Positions 36,238-44,389 of a stretch of 64,000 nt of DNA are shown here, piece after piece. The stretch spans positions 27,113 to 91,112 of the forward strand of contig JBGVIN010000104.1 in NCBI GenBank assembly GCA_045123255.1, given 5' to 3'. The notes beneath the pieces were generated by a model, which saw nothing but the letters and a program-made list of their open reading frames with translations, had not been told where the DNA came from and searched no databases. The position numbers and the translations under genes were made by a program. The stretch's first letter is position 1; every line of letters begins with the position of its first letter. This DNA comes from Eubacteriales bacterium. GTDB taxonomy: Bacteria; Bacillota; Clostridia; Oscillospirales; CAG-272.

Positions 36238-37140
36238 TTATAAAGAATCAACGTAGTCGCAAGCGGCGATGGCGGCAACGGCGCCGTCGGCACACGCGGT
36301 TGCAACCTGGCGTATGCGCTTGGAGCGGCAGTCACCTGCGGCAAAAATGCCTGCTTTATTTGTCGTGCAGCCTTCGCCCGCATCAACGTAGCCCCATTGA
36401 TTAAGTGTTACAAGGTCCTCGACAATCTCGTTTTGCGGAATTAAGCCGATGGCAATAAACATTCCGTCGATAAGAAGCGTTTTTCGCTCCTCACCGCTCT
36501 TAATAACAATTCCGTTGAGCGCACCGTCGCCCATCAAGGACTCAACCGTTGTCCCGAGAATAATCTCTACGTTTTTCTTTTGCATAAGTAACTCTTGAAG
36601 CTTTTGTTCGCCTGTTAAGCGTTCGAGGTTTTGAACAACGTAAACCTTAGCGGCAAGGTCGGAGAGCATAAGTGCCTCTTGAAGTGCGGAGTTGCCGCCA
36701 CCAATAACCGCAACCGTTTTGCCTGCATAGAATGCACCGTCACAAACGGCACAGAAGGAAATTCCCTCGCCGACAAAATCCTGTTCGCGCTCAAGCCCGA
36801 GCATACGGTGCTTAGCACCCGTTGCGACAATAACGCTTTTGCCCGAAAAGTCACCCGAGTCGGTTTTAACGGTTTTAATTTCTCCGTCGATAACCTCGCT
36901 TACCTCGGCAACCTCAACGTCCGCGCCCTGCTCCATCACCTGTTCAATCATTTTCTCGGCAAACTCGTTACCCGAGAGGGCAACAAATCCGGGAATATTT
37001 TCAACCTTTGGCGAATAAGTAATTTGTCCGCCAAACGTACCCTTTTCAATAACCAACGCGGTTTTGTTTGCGCGGCGCGCATATATAGCAGCAGTAAGAC
37101 CAGCAGGGCCACCGCCGATAATAATTACATCATAAATCAT
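36238..37140 (-). CDS. trxB: thioredoxin-disulfide reductase
   Basis: MIYDVIIIGGGPAG FAD motif. Redox-active CAVCDG. GGGNSA NADPH motif. AAGDC near the C-terminus. Confidence 0.9.
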   Translation of the reverse strand: MIYDVIIIGGGPAGLTAAIYARRANKTALVIEKGTFGGQITYSPKVENIPGFVALSGNEFAEKMIEQVMEQGADVEVAEVSEVIDGEIKTVKTDSGDFSGKSVIVATGAKHRMLGLEREQDFVGEGISFCAVCDGAFYAGKTVAVIGGGNSALQEALMLSDLAAKVYVVQNLERLTGEQKLQELLMQKKNVEIILGTTVESLMGDGALNGIVIKSGEERKTLLIDGMFIAIGLIPQNEIVEDLVTLNQWGYVDAGEGCTTNKAGIFAAGDCRSKRIRQVATACADGAVAAIAACDYVDSL

Positions 37141-37266
37141 TGTTACTCCTTTTGGGGGTGTCGCAACGAGTTGGAACAAAAAAGAAAAATATCTATCCTC
37201 GTTTCGCTATCCCCTAATTTAGTATTACAATAGGGTGCTTTATCAGCACCCTATTTAATTTTTTTA

Positions 37267-39633
37267 TTATGCACCGAGATATTTCTTAATATCTGAAACG
37301 CCTGTGTACTTTGAAACACTTCCGTTTTCAACTACAACGAGTGTGGGCGCAGCCTTAATACCAAGCTCCTCTACAAGCTCCTTGTTTTCGTTTGCCAAAA
37401 GCTTTGTGTAGTTAACTCCTGCCTTGTCAAGGAACGAGCAAGCAATTTTGCAGTTAGGGCAGGTAGCTGTTGTGAAGAGGTAGATGCCGTTTTCTGCGCT
37501 CGCCTTGCACTCGCAAGCCTCTTCCTTTTCTACCTTTGCATCTGCCTTTTTAAGCTGTGAGGTTTCAATGTTGTAAACAAGACGGTCCTTGTATTCCTGG
37601 CTCTTTCCGTCGTTCCAGTTTTGAACAGGACGGTAGTAGCCTGTTATACGGCTGTAAACCTCGGTCTTTGTCTTACATTCAGGGCAAGAATAATGCTCGC
37701 CTGCGATGTAGCCGTGGTTTTTACATACTGAATAGGTTGGGGACATTGTATAGTAAGGAAGCTTGTAGTTTTCGGCAATCTTGCGTACAAGCTCAGCCGC
37801 CGCCTTCCAGCTTGGCAATTTCTCACCGAGGAATGCGTGGAATACTGTACCTGATGTGTAAAGTGTTTGAAGCTCATCTTGAATATCAAGAGCGGTGAAG
37901 ATATCGTCTGTGTAGCCAACAGGGAGGTGTGAGGAGTTGGTGTAGTAAGGTGAATCGTCCTCGCTCTTTGCCGCTGTGATGATATCGGGGAAACGCTTTT
38001 TGTCGTGCTTTGCAAGACGGAATGAGGTTGACTCCGCAGGAGTTGCCTCAAGGTTGTAAAGGTCGCCATACTTTTCTTGGTAGTCTGAGAGCTTTTCTCT
38101 CATATGGTTAAGAACGTCCTTTGTAAATGCTTGTGCCTTTTCCTGTGTGAGGTTCTGTCTTACCCACTTAGCATTTAAGCAAGCCTCGTTCATACCAACA
38201 AGACCGATGGTTGAGAAGTGGTTTGCAAAAGTGCCGAGGTATCTCTTTGTGTATGGGTATAGACCATTATCAAGAAGTCTTGTAATTACAGTACGCTTAA
38301 CCTTAAGTGAGCGTGCAGCAATATCCATAAGTCTGTCAAGACGCGCATAGAAGTCCTCCTCGTCAGTAGCAAGGTAAGCAATTCTCGGCATATTGATAGT
38401 AACAACGCCAACAGAGCCTGTTGATTCACCGCTACCGAAGAAGCCGCCTGACTTCTTACGAAGCTCACGGAGGTCAAGACGAAGTCTGCAGCACATTGAA
38501 CGAACGTCGCTTGGCTCCATATCACTGTTGATGTAGTTGGAGAAGTAAGGTGTACCGTACTTCGCTGTCATTTCAAAGAGGAACTTGTTGTTTTCTGTTT
38601 CGCTCCAGTCAAAGTCGCTTGTAATTGAGTAGGTTGGAATTGGATATTGGAAGCCGCGTCCGTTTGCGTCGCCCTCAATCATAATTTCGATAAACGCCTT
38701 GTTTACCATATCCATTTCCTTTTTACAGTCCTTGTACTTGAAGTCAACCTCCTTGCCGCCAACGATACAGTTAAGCTCGGCAAGGTCGTTTGGAACTGTC
38801 CAGTCAAGTGTGATATTTGAAAACGGTGCTTGTGTACCCCAACGTGAAGGTGTGTTTACACCGTAAACGAAGGATTGGATGCACTGCTTAACCTCTTTAT
38901 ATGAAAGATTATCAATTTTAACGAACGGAGCAAGATAAGTGTCAAAGGAGGAGAATGCCTGTGCGCCTGCCCACTCGTTTTGCATAATACCAAGGAAGTT
39001 AACCATTTGGTTGCAAAGCGTTGAAAGGTGAGATGCAGGAGCAGAGGTAATCTTACCAACTACGCCGCCAAGCCCTTCCTTAATGAGCTGCTTAAGTGAC
39101 CAGCCTGCACAGTAGCCTGTGAGCATTGAAAGGTCGTGGATGTGAAGGTCGGCGTTACGGTGTGCGTTGCCGATTTCATCATCGTAAATTTCAGAAAGCC
39201 AGTAGTTAGCTGTAACCGCGCCTGAGTTTGAAAGGATAAGACCGCCAACAGAGTAGGTTACGGTTGAGTTTTCCTTAACACGCCAATCGTTAATGTTAAG
39301 ATAGTTGTCAATTATTGCCTTGTAGTCAACCATTGTTGCGCCAATGTTACGAATTTTTTCTCTTTGACGGCGGTAAATGATGTACGCCTTCGCAACGTCG
39401 TCGTAGCCTGCCTTGATAAGAACAGACTCAACGGAGTCCTGAATGTTTTCAACGGAAATCTTTCCGTTTTCTATTTTAGGCTCGAACTCGGCTGTCACCT
39501 TGAGTGCGAGGAAATCAATTACGTCTTCATTGAAATTTTTTTGGCAAGCGTCAAATGCTTGCTTAATTGCTTCACTGATTTTCTTGATATTAAAATCAAC
39601 GATTTTGCCATCACGTTTAACTACGTTATACAT
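37267..39633 (-). CDS. nrdD: anaerobic ribonucleoside-triphosphate reductase (class III) with N-terminal ATP-cone and C-terminal fused glutaredoxin/NrdH-like domain
   Basis: ATP-cone VVKRDGKIVDF. Zn site CKNHG..CPEC. Glycyl-radical motif SRITGYYRPV. An extra 90-aa tail carries TATCPNCK. GAAGGAGAAGGAG RBS precedes the ATG at 39633. Confidence 0.9.
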   Translation of the reverse strand: MYNVVKRDGKIVDFNIKKISEAIKQAFDACQKNFNEDVIDFLALKVTAEFEPKIENGKISVENIQDSVESVLIKAGYDDVAKAYIIYRRQREKIRNIGATMVDYKAIIDNYLNINDWRVKENSTVTYSVGGLILSNSGAVTANYWLSEIYDDEIGNAHRNADLHIHDLSMLTGYCAGWSLKQLIKEGLGGVVGKITSAPASHLSTLCNQMVNFLGIMQNEWAGAQAFSSFDTYLAPFVKIDNLSYKEVKQCIQSFVYGVNTPSRWGTQAPFSNITLDWTVPNDLAELNCIVGGKEVDFKYKDCKKEMDMVNKAFIEIMIEGDANGRGFQYPIPTYSITSDFDWSETENNKFLFEMTAKYGTPYFSNYINSDMEPSDVRSMCCRLRLDLRELRKKSGGFFGSGESTGSVGVVTINMPRIAYLATDEEDFYARLDRLMDIAARSLKVKRTVITRLLDNGLYPYTKRYLGTFANHFSTIGLVGMNEACLNAKWVRQNLTQEKAQAFTKDVLNHMREKLSDYQEKYGDLYNLEATPAESTSFRLAKHDKKRFPDIITAAKSEDDSPYYTNSSHLPVGYTDDIFTALDIQDELQTLYTSGTVFHAFLGEKLPSWKAAAELVRKIAENYKLPYYTMSPTYSVCKNHGYIAGEHYSCPECKTKTEVYSRITGYYRPVQNWNDGKSQEYKDRLVYNIETSQLKKADAKVEKEEACECKASAENGIYLFTTATCPNCKIACSFLDKAGVNYTKLLANENKELVEELGIKAAPTLVVVENGSVSKYTGVSDIKKYLGA

Positions 39634-39674
39634 GCTTTTTTCTCCTTCTCCTTCAAAATTCTTTATTTTTATTA

Positions 39675-39690
39675 ACACAATATATAGTAT
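39675..39690. promoter_or_regulatory. NrdR box (proximal)
   Basis: ACACAATATATAGTAT matches the 16-bp consensus acaCwAtATaTwGtgt at 15 of 16 positions. Confidence 0.6.
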
Positions 39691-39723
39691 TGCCCATTGT
39701 TTGCTTAAAAAGCATTTAGGGCG

Positions 39724-39780
39724 CAAAAAAACACCAAGACTTTTGCCTTCATCTCACAAGTCCTTTATTTACAGGTGTTT
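39724..39780 (-). promoter_or_regulatory. terminator-like hairpin plus U-run inside the nrdD leader
   Basis: Minus strand: AAACACC...AGGACTT..AAGTCTT GGTGTTTTTTTGCG. It lies between the upstream promoter and the proximal NrdR box. Confidence 0.45.
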
Positions 39781-39830
39781 TCGACCAAAAAAGAAAAAAT
39801 GTGACATAATCGGTTCCGGTGTCGAAATCA

Positions 39831-39883
39831 ATTATATCACATATATAGTATTATGTCAATAGGAAAATTACAATATATAGTGT
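39831..39883 (-). promoter_or_regulatory. nrdD promoter with two NrdR-box-like sites
   Basis: TTGACA (39854-39859) - 17 nt - TATAAT (39831-39836) on the minus strand. Box TTACAATATATAGTGT at 39868-39883 matches 14 of 16 positions. A degenerate 15-nt box at 39837-39852 fills the spacer. Box centres are about 31 bp apart. Confidence 0.55.
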
Positions 39884-39889
39884 TTTTTA

Positions 39890-40582
39890 TCAAATTCCGC
39901 GAATTTCGGTATTTGTCACAAAAGCGCTTGCCAAATCCCTTGCTTTTTTCATATTCTCGGGTGAAAATGCACAAAAGCCGCTTGATATTAAATCGCCCGA
40001 GTCAACAAAAGACTGTAAAAAATATCTTTTTGCGCCCGAAATCGTTTTTGCTATCTCCACAATATCTTGTGTTTCGTGAATTCCCTTAACAACCGTGGTT
40101 CTGAATTCGTAATCAACTCTACCGCTAAGCAAAAATTCAACCGTTTTCTTAAACGGAGTGGTATCGACACTTTCTATTCCTGTGGCAAGGGAGTACTTTT
40201 CGTAAGTGCTCTTGAAGTCAACCGCAACGTAGTCAACAAGTCCCTTATTTACAAGTGGAATTAGCTTTTCGGGGAAAAAACCGTTCGTGTCGAGCTTTAC
40301 CGAATAGCCAAGAGATTTAACCTCTGAAATGAAGCCTTCTATTTCTGCGTGCAAAAGCGGCTCGCCGCCCGAAATGCAAACGCCGTCTAAAATCCCCTGT
40401 CTTTTTTTGAGGTACGCAAGAATTTCTTCCTTTTTATATATATTTGAATTATCTATATGTGTCACCAAACTCGCATTGTGGCAAAACGGGCATCTTAAAT
40501 TGCAGCCCGACGTAAAAAGCGTGCAAGCCACCTTGCCCGGATAGTCAAGCAGCGTTAGCTTTTGAAAGCCTGAAAAATTCAT
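39890..40582 (-). CDS. nrdG: anaerobic ribonucleoside-triphosphate reductase activating protein (radical SAM)
   Basis: CNLRCPFCHN cluster motif, GGEPLL, and DYPGKVA near the N-terminus. Confidence 0.9.
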   Translation of the reverse strand: MNFSGFQKLTLLDYPGKVACTLFTSGCNLRCPFCHNASLVTHIDNSNIYKKEEILAYLKKRQGILDGVCISGGEPLLHAEIEGFISEVKSLGYSVKLDTNGFFPEKLIPLVNKGLVDYVAVDFKSTYEKYSLATGIESVDTTPFKKTVEFLLSGRVDYEFRTTVVKGIHETQDIVEIAKTISGAKRYFLQSFVDSGDLISSGFCAFSPENMKKARDLASAFVTNTEIRGI

Positions 40583-40630
40583 AAAAGCACCCCCTTTAAG
40601 ATTTAATTATATTGTATCATATTTTGATGT

Positions 40631-40664
40631 AAAAAACAAGGAGCTGTATAAAAACAGCCCCTTG
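40631..40664 (-). terminator. intrinsic terminator after the clan GH-A hydrolase gene
   Basis: CAAGGGGCTGT / ACAGCTCCTTG stem plus TTTTTT on the minus strand. Confidence 0.75.
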
Positions 40665-40673
40665 AATATTCAA

Positions 40674-42638
40674 TTATTTTTCAAGAATAAATACAGGCAT
40701 TTCGGAAGCACAGAAGGTAACGTTTCCTTTGTTGTTTTTAAGCTCGCTACGCTTGCCGTTATACTTTTCAAATGCAAGCTCGGCAAGGATAAATTCGCCC
40801 TCGCCAACGTTAAGCTTAAAGCGCTTAACCTGCGTTGAGTTTGAGGATGGGCACCAAACGGCGTATCTTGCCTTGCCCTCCTTGTTTTCGTACTTGAATA
40901 CTCTTACCTTTGGATTAGGTGATTCAACCTCGCAAACAAAGCGTGTATCCTGCAAGATTTCCTTTGTTGTATATACGTAATAGAATGAATCCTTCTTGTT
41001 ACCTTGAACAACGTTTGTTGGGTTAATTTCAATAGGGAAGCGAACAAGACCGCTTGAACCGTACTTACCAACCGCAGTTTCCTCAGGTCCGCAGTCGCGC
41101 GACATATACATCGCCGCACGCTCAACGCCTATTGAGGAGAGAAGGAGGTATTCACGAACGAGCCACATACCCTGAACCTGTCTGCCCGTGAATTCGCCGT
41201 ATGCGTGTGCAGAGGTTGACGTGTCGTAGGATTGGTTAGTGTCCCAACCAAACTCAGTGAGCCAAATTTCCATCTCGGGATAGTATCTGTCACGCCAGTC
41301 CATAATAGTGGAGAATGCTCCAACGATATCGCCCTCGTCAGGTGAAATGCCAACGTAAGCCATTTGCTTTTGCTCGCCGCGGTCAGCAATATTAACGTCA
41401 ACGTTCTTTGTCTTACCTGTCTTTAAGTTTATGCGCTTACCGCAGTATCTGTGTGCGTTGATAACGTCAAACGGAAGCTTTTTGTCGGTACGGTTGTATT
41501 CGCACCAGAATTGCATAGCCTTAAGTCTGCCAAGGTGAAGTCCTGCACCGCCCGACATTGACATAATGAAGTTCGGGTCAGCTTGCTTAACGCCTACGTT
41601 TTTGTATCTGCCCTCGTGTCCGTCGTAGCACATGCTGAGGAAAGCCGCCATTTCAAACGGCGAGAAGTATGGGTCGCGTCCGAGCCAAGTTCCGTCAGGC
41701 TCGTTGAGCGGTTCAACCGCGTTTAAGTAGCCAAGACCGATTTTCTTTTCCTGTCCATCTGCAACCTTAATAAGGTCAGGGTCGATGTTTTTGTTGCTGC
41801 CGTAGCGCGCAACGAATTGGAAAAGCATAGCCGCATATGAGGTATAGTTTGCAGGATCGCAGGAGTCGTGTGTGTGATCCTTAGGGCAACGCTTTGAGTG
41901 CGTTGAGATTGTAGGCGCGCAGTCAATTCCCCAATCGTGAAGCTTTTTGTAATATGAGTCAAAATCCCAAGGGCCTGCATGGCTTGGATTCATTTCAATT
42001 GTTGTGTCCATTCCGTTTGGCGAGCATGACCAAAGCCATGGGTGATATTCACGAATATATGAGCAAGCGCGCAAAATATCGTCGCCGTCGTTGATAAATG
42101 CGTTCATACCAACGAATTTTGAAAGGTCGCTGAATTTATGCTCCTTTCTTTCGGGGATTGAAAGGTCAACGTCCTCAACCTTGTAGCCGTAAATTAAAAT
42201 TTCACTCGGCGCTTGGTTGTTGTTGAAGGAAAAGTTAATGTAGCGTGTCTTAAAGCTTGTTTCAAAGCCTGTCCATTTCCTTTGCTCGGGGGCAAGCTCC
42301 TCGTTATATTCCCAGCTAAACGGAGTACCCATCTTAACCTTAACCTTACGTACGCCGTAGTCGTGCTTGTCTTGCTCGGGCTTGTATGCGTCGTAGTCGT
42401 TATAAATATACATATTGGTAATTTGATAAATAGCGCCCAAATCAACCGTGAAGGCAAGGTCGGTCATACCAACCCACCAGTGGTCGTGTCTTGGATGAAC
42501 CTGAGGAATAGCACCCTCGACGCCGTTTAACGGGTCACCGTCGTTATCAAATTCGCAAAAAAAGTTTTCAATTCTTTCAATGCCCATATCGTTAATGAGC
42601 ATTTCGGGAGTAACCCTGATTTTTTGTGGTTTGTTCAT
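40674..42638 (-). CDS. cytoplasmic clan GH-A (TIM-barrel) glycoside hydrolase with N-terminal discoidin-like domain
   Basis: Acid/base-type VEPLNEPDG and nucleophile-type IWLTEFGWD motifs. AAGGAG RBS precedes the ATG at 42638. The family number is not assignable by eye. Confidence 0.55.
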   Translation of the reverse strand: MNKPQKIRVTPEMLINDMGIERIENFFCEFDNDGDPLNGVEGAIPQVHPRHDHWWVGMTDLAFTVDLGAIYQITNMYIYNDYDAYKPEQDKHDYGVRKVKVKMGTPFSWEYNEELAPEQRKWTGFETSFKTRYINFSFNNNQAPSEILIYGYKVEDVDLSIPERKEHKFSDLSKFVGMNAFINDGDDILRACSYIREYHPWLWSCSPNGMDTTIEMNPSHAGPWDFDSYYKKLHDWGIDCAPTISTHSKRCPKDHTHDSCDPANYTSYAAMLFQFVARYGSNKNIDPDLIKVADGQEKKIGLGYLNAVEPLNEPDGTWLGRDPYFSPFEMAAFLSMCYDGHEGRYKNVGVKQADPNFIMSMSGGAGLHLGRLKAMQFWCEYNRTDKKLPFDVINAHRYCGKRINLKTGKTKNVDVNIADRGEQKQMAYVGISPDEGDIVGAFSTIMDWRDRYYPEMEIWLTEFGWDTNQSYDTSTSAHAYGEFTGRQVQGMWLVREYLLLSSIGVERAAMYMSRDCGPEETAVGKYGSSGLVRFPIEINPTNVVQGNKKDSFYYVYTTKEILQDTRFVCEVESPNPKVRVFKYENKEGKARYAVWCPSSNSTQVKRFKLNVGEGEFILAELAFEKYNGKRSELKNNKGNVTFCASEMPVFILEK

Positions 42639-42838
42639 TTTTAATCTCCTTGTAACAGAACAAAGTACTTTTGTGCAATTTTCATAAAATGAAATAAAAA
42701 AACGCACTGTCAATAGTATAATATAAATGAAAGCAAAAGTCAATTGAATATTGATATTTTTTAGATATTTTTTCATTGACAAAGGTAGCTTCTATATGTA
42801 TAATATGAAATAGTGAAAAAATAAGGAATGGAAAAGAA

Positions 42839-44080
42839 ATGAAGCTAAGTATTATTGTTTGTATTCATAACACTAATGAAGAATATTTTGAGCTTTGCCT
42901 TAAATCAATTCGCCAAAACACCCTAAAAAATGACGAGTATGAAATTTTGGTAATTGATGACGGGTCAACAAAGGATTATAGCGAAATTATAAAAAAGTAC
43001 GACCCTGTGTACGTAAAAACGGAAAACAGAGGTCTTTTGGCAGCTCGACTTTTTGGAATTATGATAGCCAAGGGCGAGTACGTTGCGTTTTGTGATGCCG
43101 ACGATAGCGTATCGTTCAACTACTACCGTCCTATGCTTAAAAAAGCAGAGGAGTGCGGCGCTGATATCGTTATTAACGATTGGGCGTTTGATACCGAGGC
43201 TACAAAATACGCCTGCGGAGATGATATAACGGTAAAAGAGGATATTTCCCTTGAGGGCGATGATATTTTGAAATTTTTCGCATCGGGCAAGGGTCGCTTA
43301 CATTCCTACTTCGTTCAGTGGAATAAGATTTTCAAAAAATCGCTCCTTAAAAAAGCAAAGCTGGAGCTTGAAAAAACAGAAGCGGTTTCGAACAAAAAAT
43401 TCACCTTTTCCGAGGATGCCGTTTCCAACTTTTTCGTGTTCAAAAATGCAAAAAAACTCGTAAATACGCACACAGGGTACTACTTTTACCGCGTTCACGA
43501 TATGCAAACCGTGTCCACAAAGGGTAGGGAAGGCTTAAAAAATGAGATAGACCAAATGGCTCTTTCCCTTAACATTATGCTTGAAAATATTCCTAAAAAT
43601 CAATATAGCACACAAATCAGTGCTGATATTTCCGAGTGGCAAGCCTTGATGGCAAGAAAGCATTATTCGTTTGCGAAGCACGAGGGATACAGCGACCTAT
43701 ATACATATATTAAGGAAAAGTACAATCAAAGCGAGCTAAGCGAATCAAGGGTTAAGGACTCAACCGCCTACATCGGCACACTTTTGCTTGGCGACAATTT
43801 CCTTGAAATCGACAGAGAGCTTCGCCGCGTTTATAAATCAAGCGAGCCGCTCAACGTTGTTTATAGCGCACGTGACGAATACGTGGTTAGAACTCTTGAT
43901 TACTTAGTAAAATATGAAAATAAGGTTATCGACAAGGATGCGAAGGGCATAGTTATCGTGCCTAAGCGCAAAATTAAAGCTAAGCATAAAATTGTACACG
44001 CAAAGCCTGTTTATTTACTTGGTCTATATATGTTCAAAAAAGGCTCTAAGGTGCGCGCTTATTTGAAGAGCAAGCTTTGA
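42839..44080 (+). CDS. glycosyltransferase family 2
   Basis: LSIIVCIHN...VIDDGS...CDADD (DxD) motifs. Confidence 0.8.
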   Translation: MKLSIIVCIHNTNEEYFELCLKSIRQNTLKNDEYEILVIDDGSTKDYSEIIKKYDPVYVKTENRGLLAARLFGIMIAKGEYVAFCDADDSVSFNYYRPMLKKAEECGADIVINDWAFDTEATKYACGDDITVKEDISLEGDDILKFFASGKGRLHSYFVQWNKIFKKSLLKKAKLELEKTEAVSNKKFTFSEDAVSNFFVFKNAKKLVNTHTGYYFYRVHDMQTVSTKGREGLKNEIDQMALSLNIMLENIPKNQYSTQISADISEWQALMARKHYSFAKHEGYSDLYTYIKEKYNQSELSESRVKDSTAYIGTLLLGDNFLEIDRELRRVYKSSEPLNVVYSARDEYVVRTLDYLVKYENKVIDKDAKGIVIVPKRKIKAKHKIVHAKPVYLLGLYMFKKGSKVRAYLKSKL

Positions 44081-44120
44081 TTTACCACCTATATTTTTGA
44101 AAGCAAAACGAAATAAATCA

Positions 44121-44157
44121 AATGAGGATTTTCCAGATGGAATTTCCTCATTTTTTG
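44121..44157 (+). terminator. intrinsic terminator after the GT2 gene
   Basis: AATGAGGA / TCCTCATT stem plus TTTTTTGTTT. Confidence 0.7.
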
Positions 44158-44316
44158 TTTATAAAAGCGTAAAAGGGCGCAAAAAACCTCGGAAACAATG
44201 CTTGAATTTTGTTAAATTTTAATGAATTTTAATAAAAAATACCCCAAAAAACGTACACTCCCCGCCACTTTTTTGTGAAACGAGGCAAATTTGGCTTTAA
44301 CATTTTATCGCTTTAG

Positions 44317-44345
44317 TTGACAAAAGTATACGTATATGATATAAT
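44317..44345 (+). promoter_or_regulatory. sigma-A-type promoter of the lipoprotein operon
   Basis: TTGACA - 17 nt - TATAAT, 45 nt upstream of the start codon at 44390. Confidence 0.65.
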
Positions 44346-44389
44346 ATTAGCGCATTAAATTCTTAATTATTATATAGGAGTAATAAATT

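Noticed and set aside
39634-39889. Cobalamin riboswitch upstream of nrdD.
   Set aside because: The leader is too short, and no B12-box-like sequence (GCCACTG-type core) was recognised. NrdR boxes explain the conserved palindromes.
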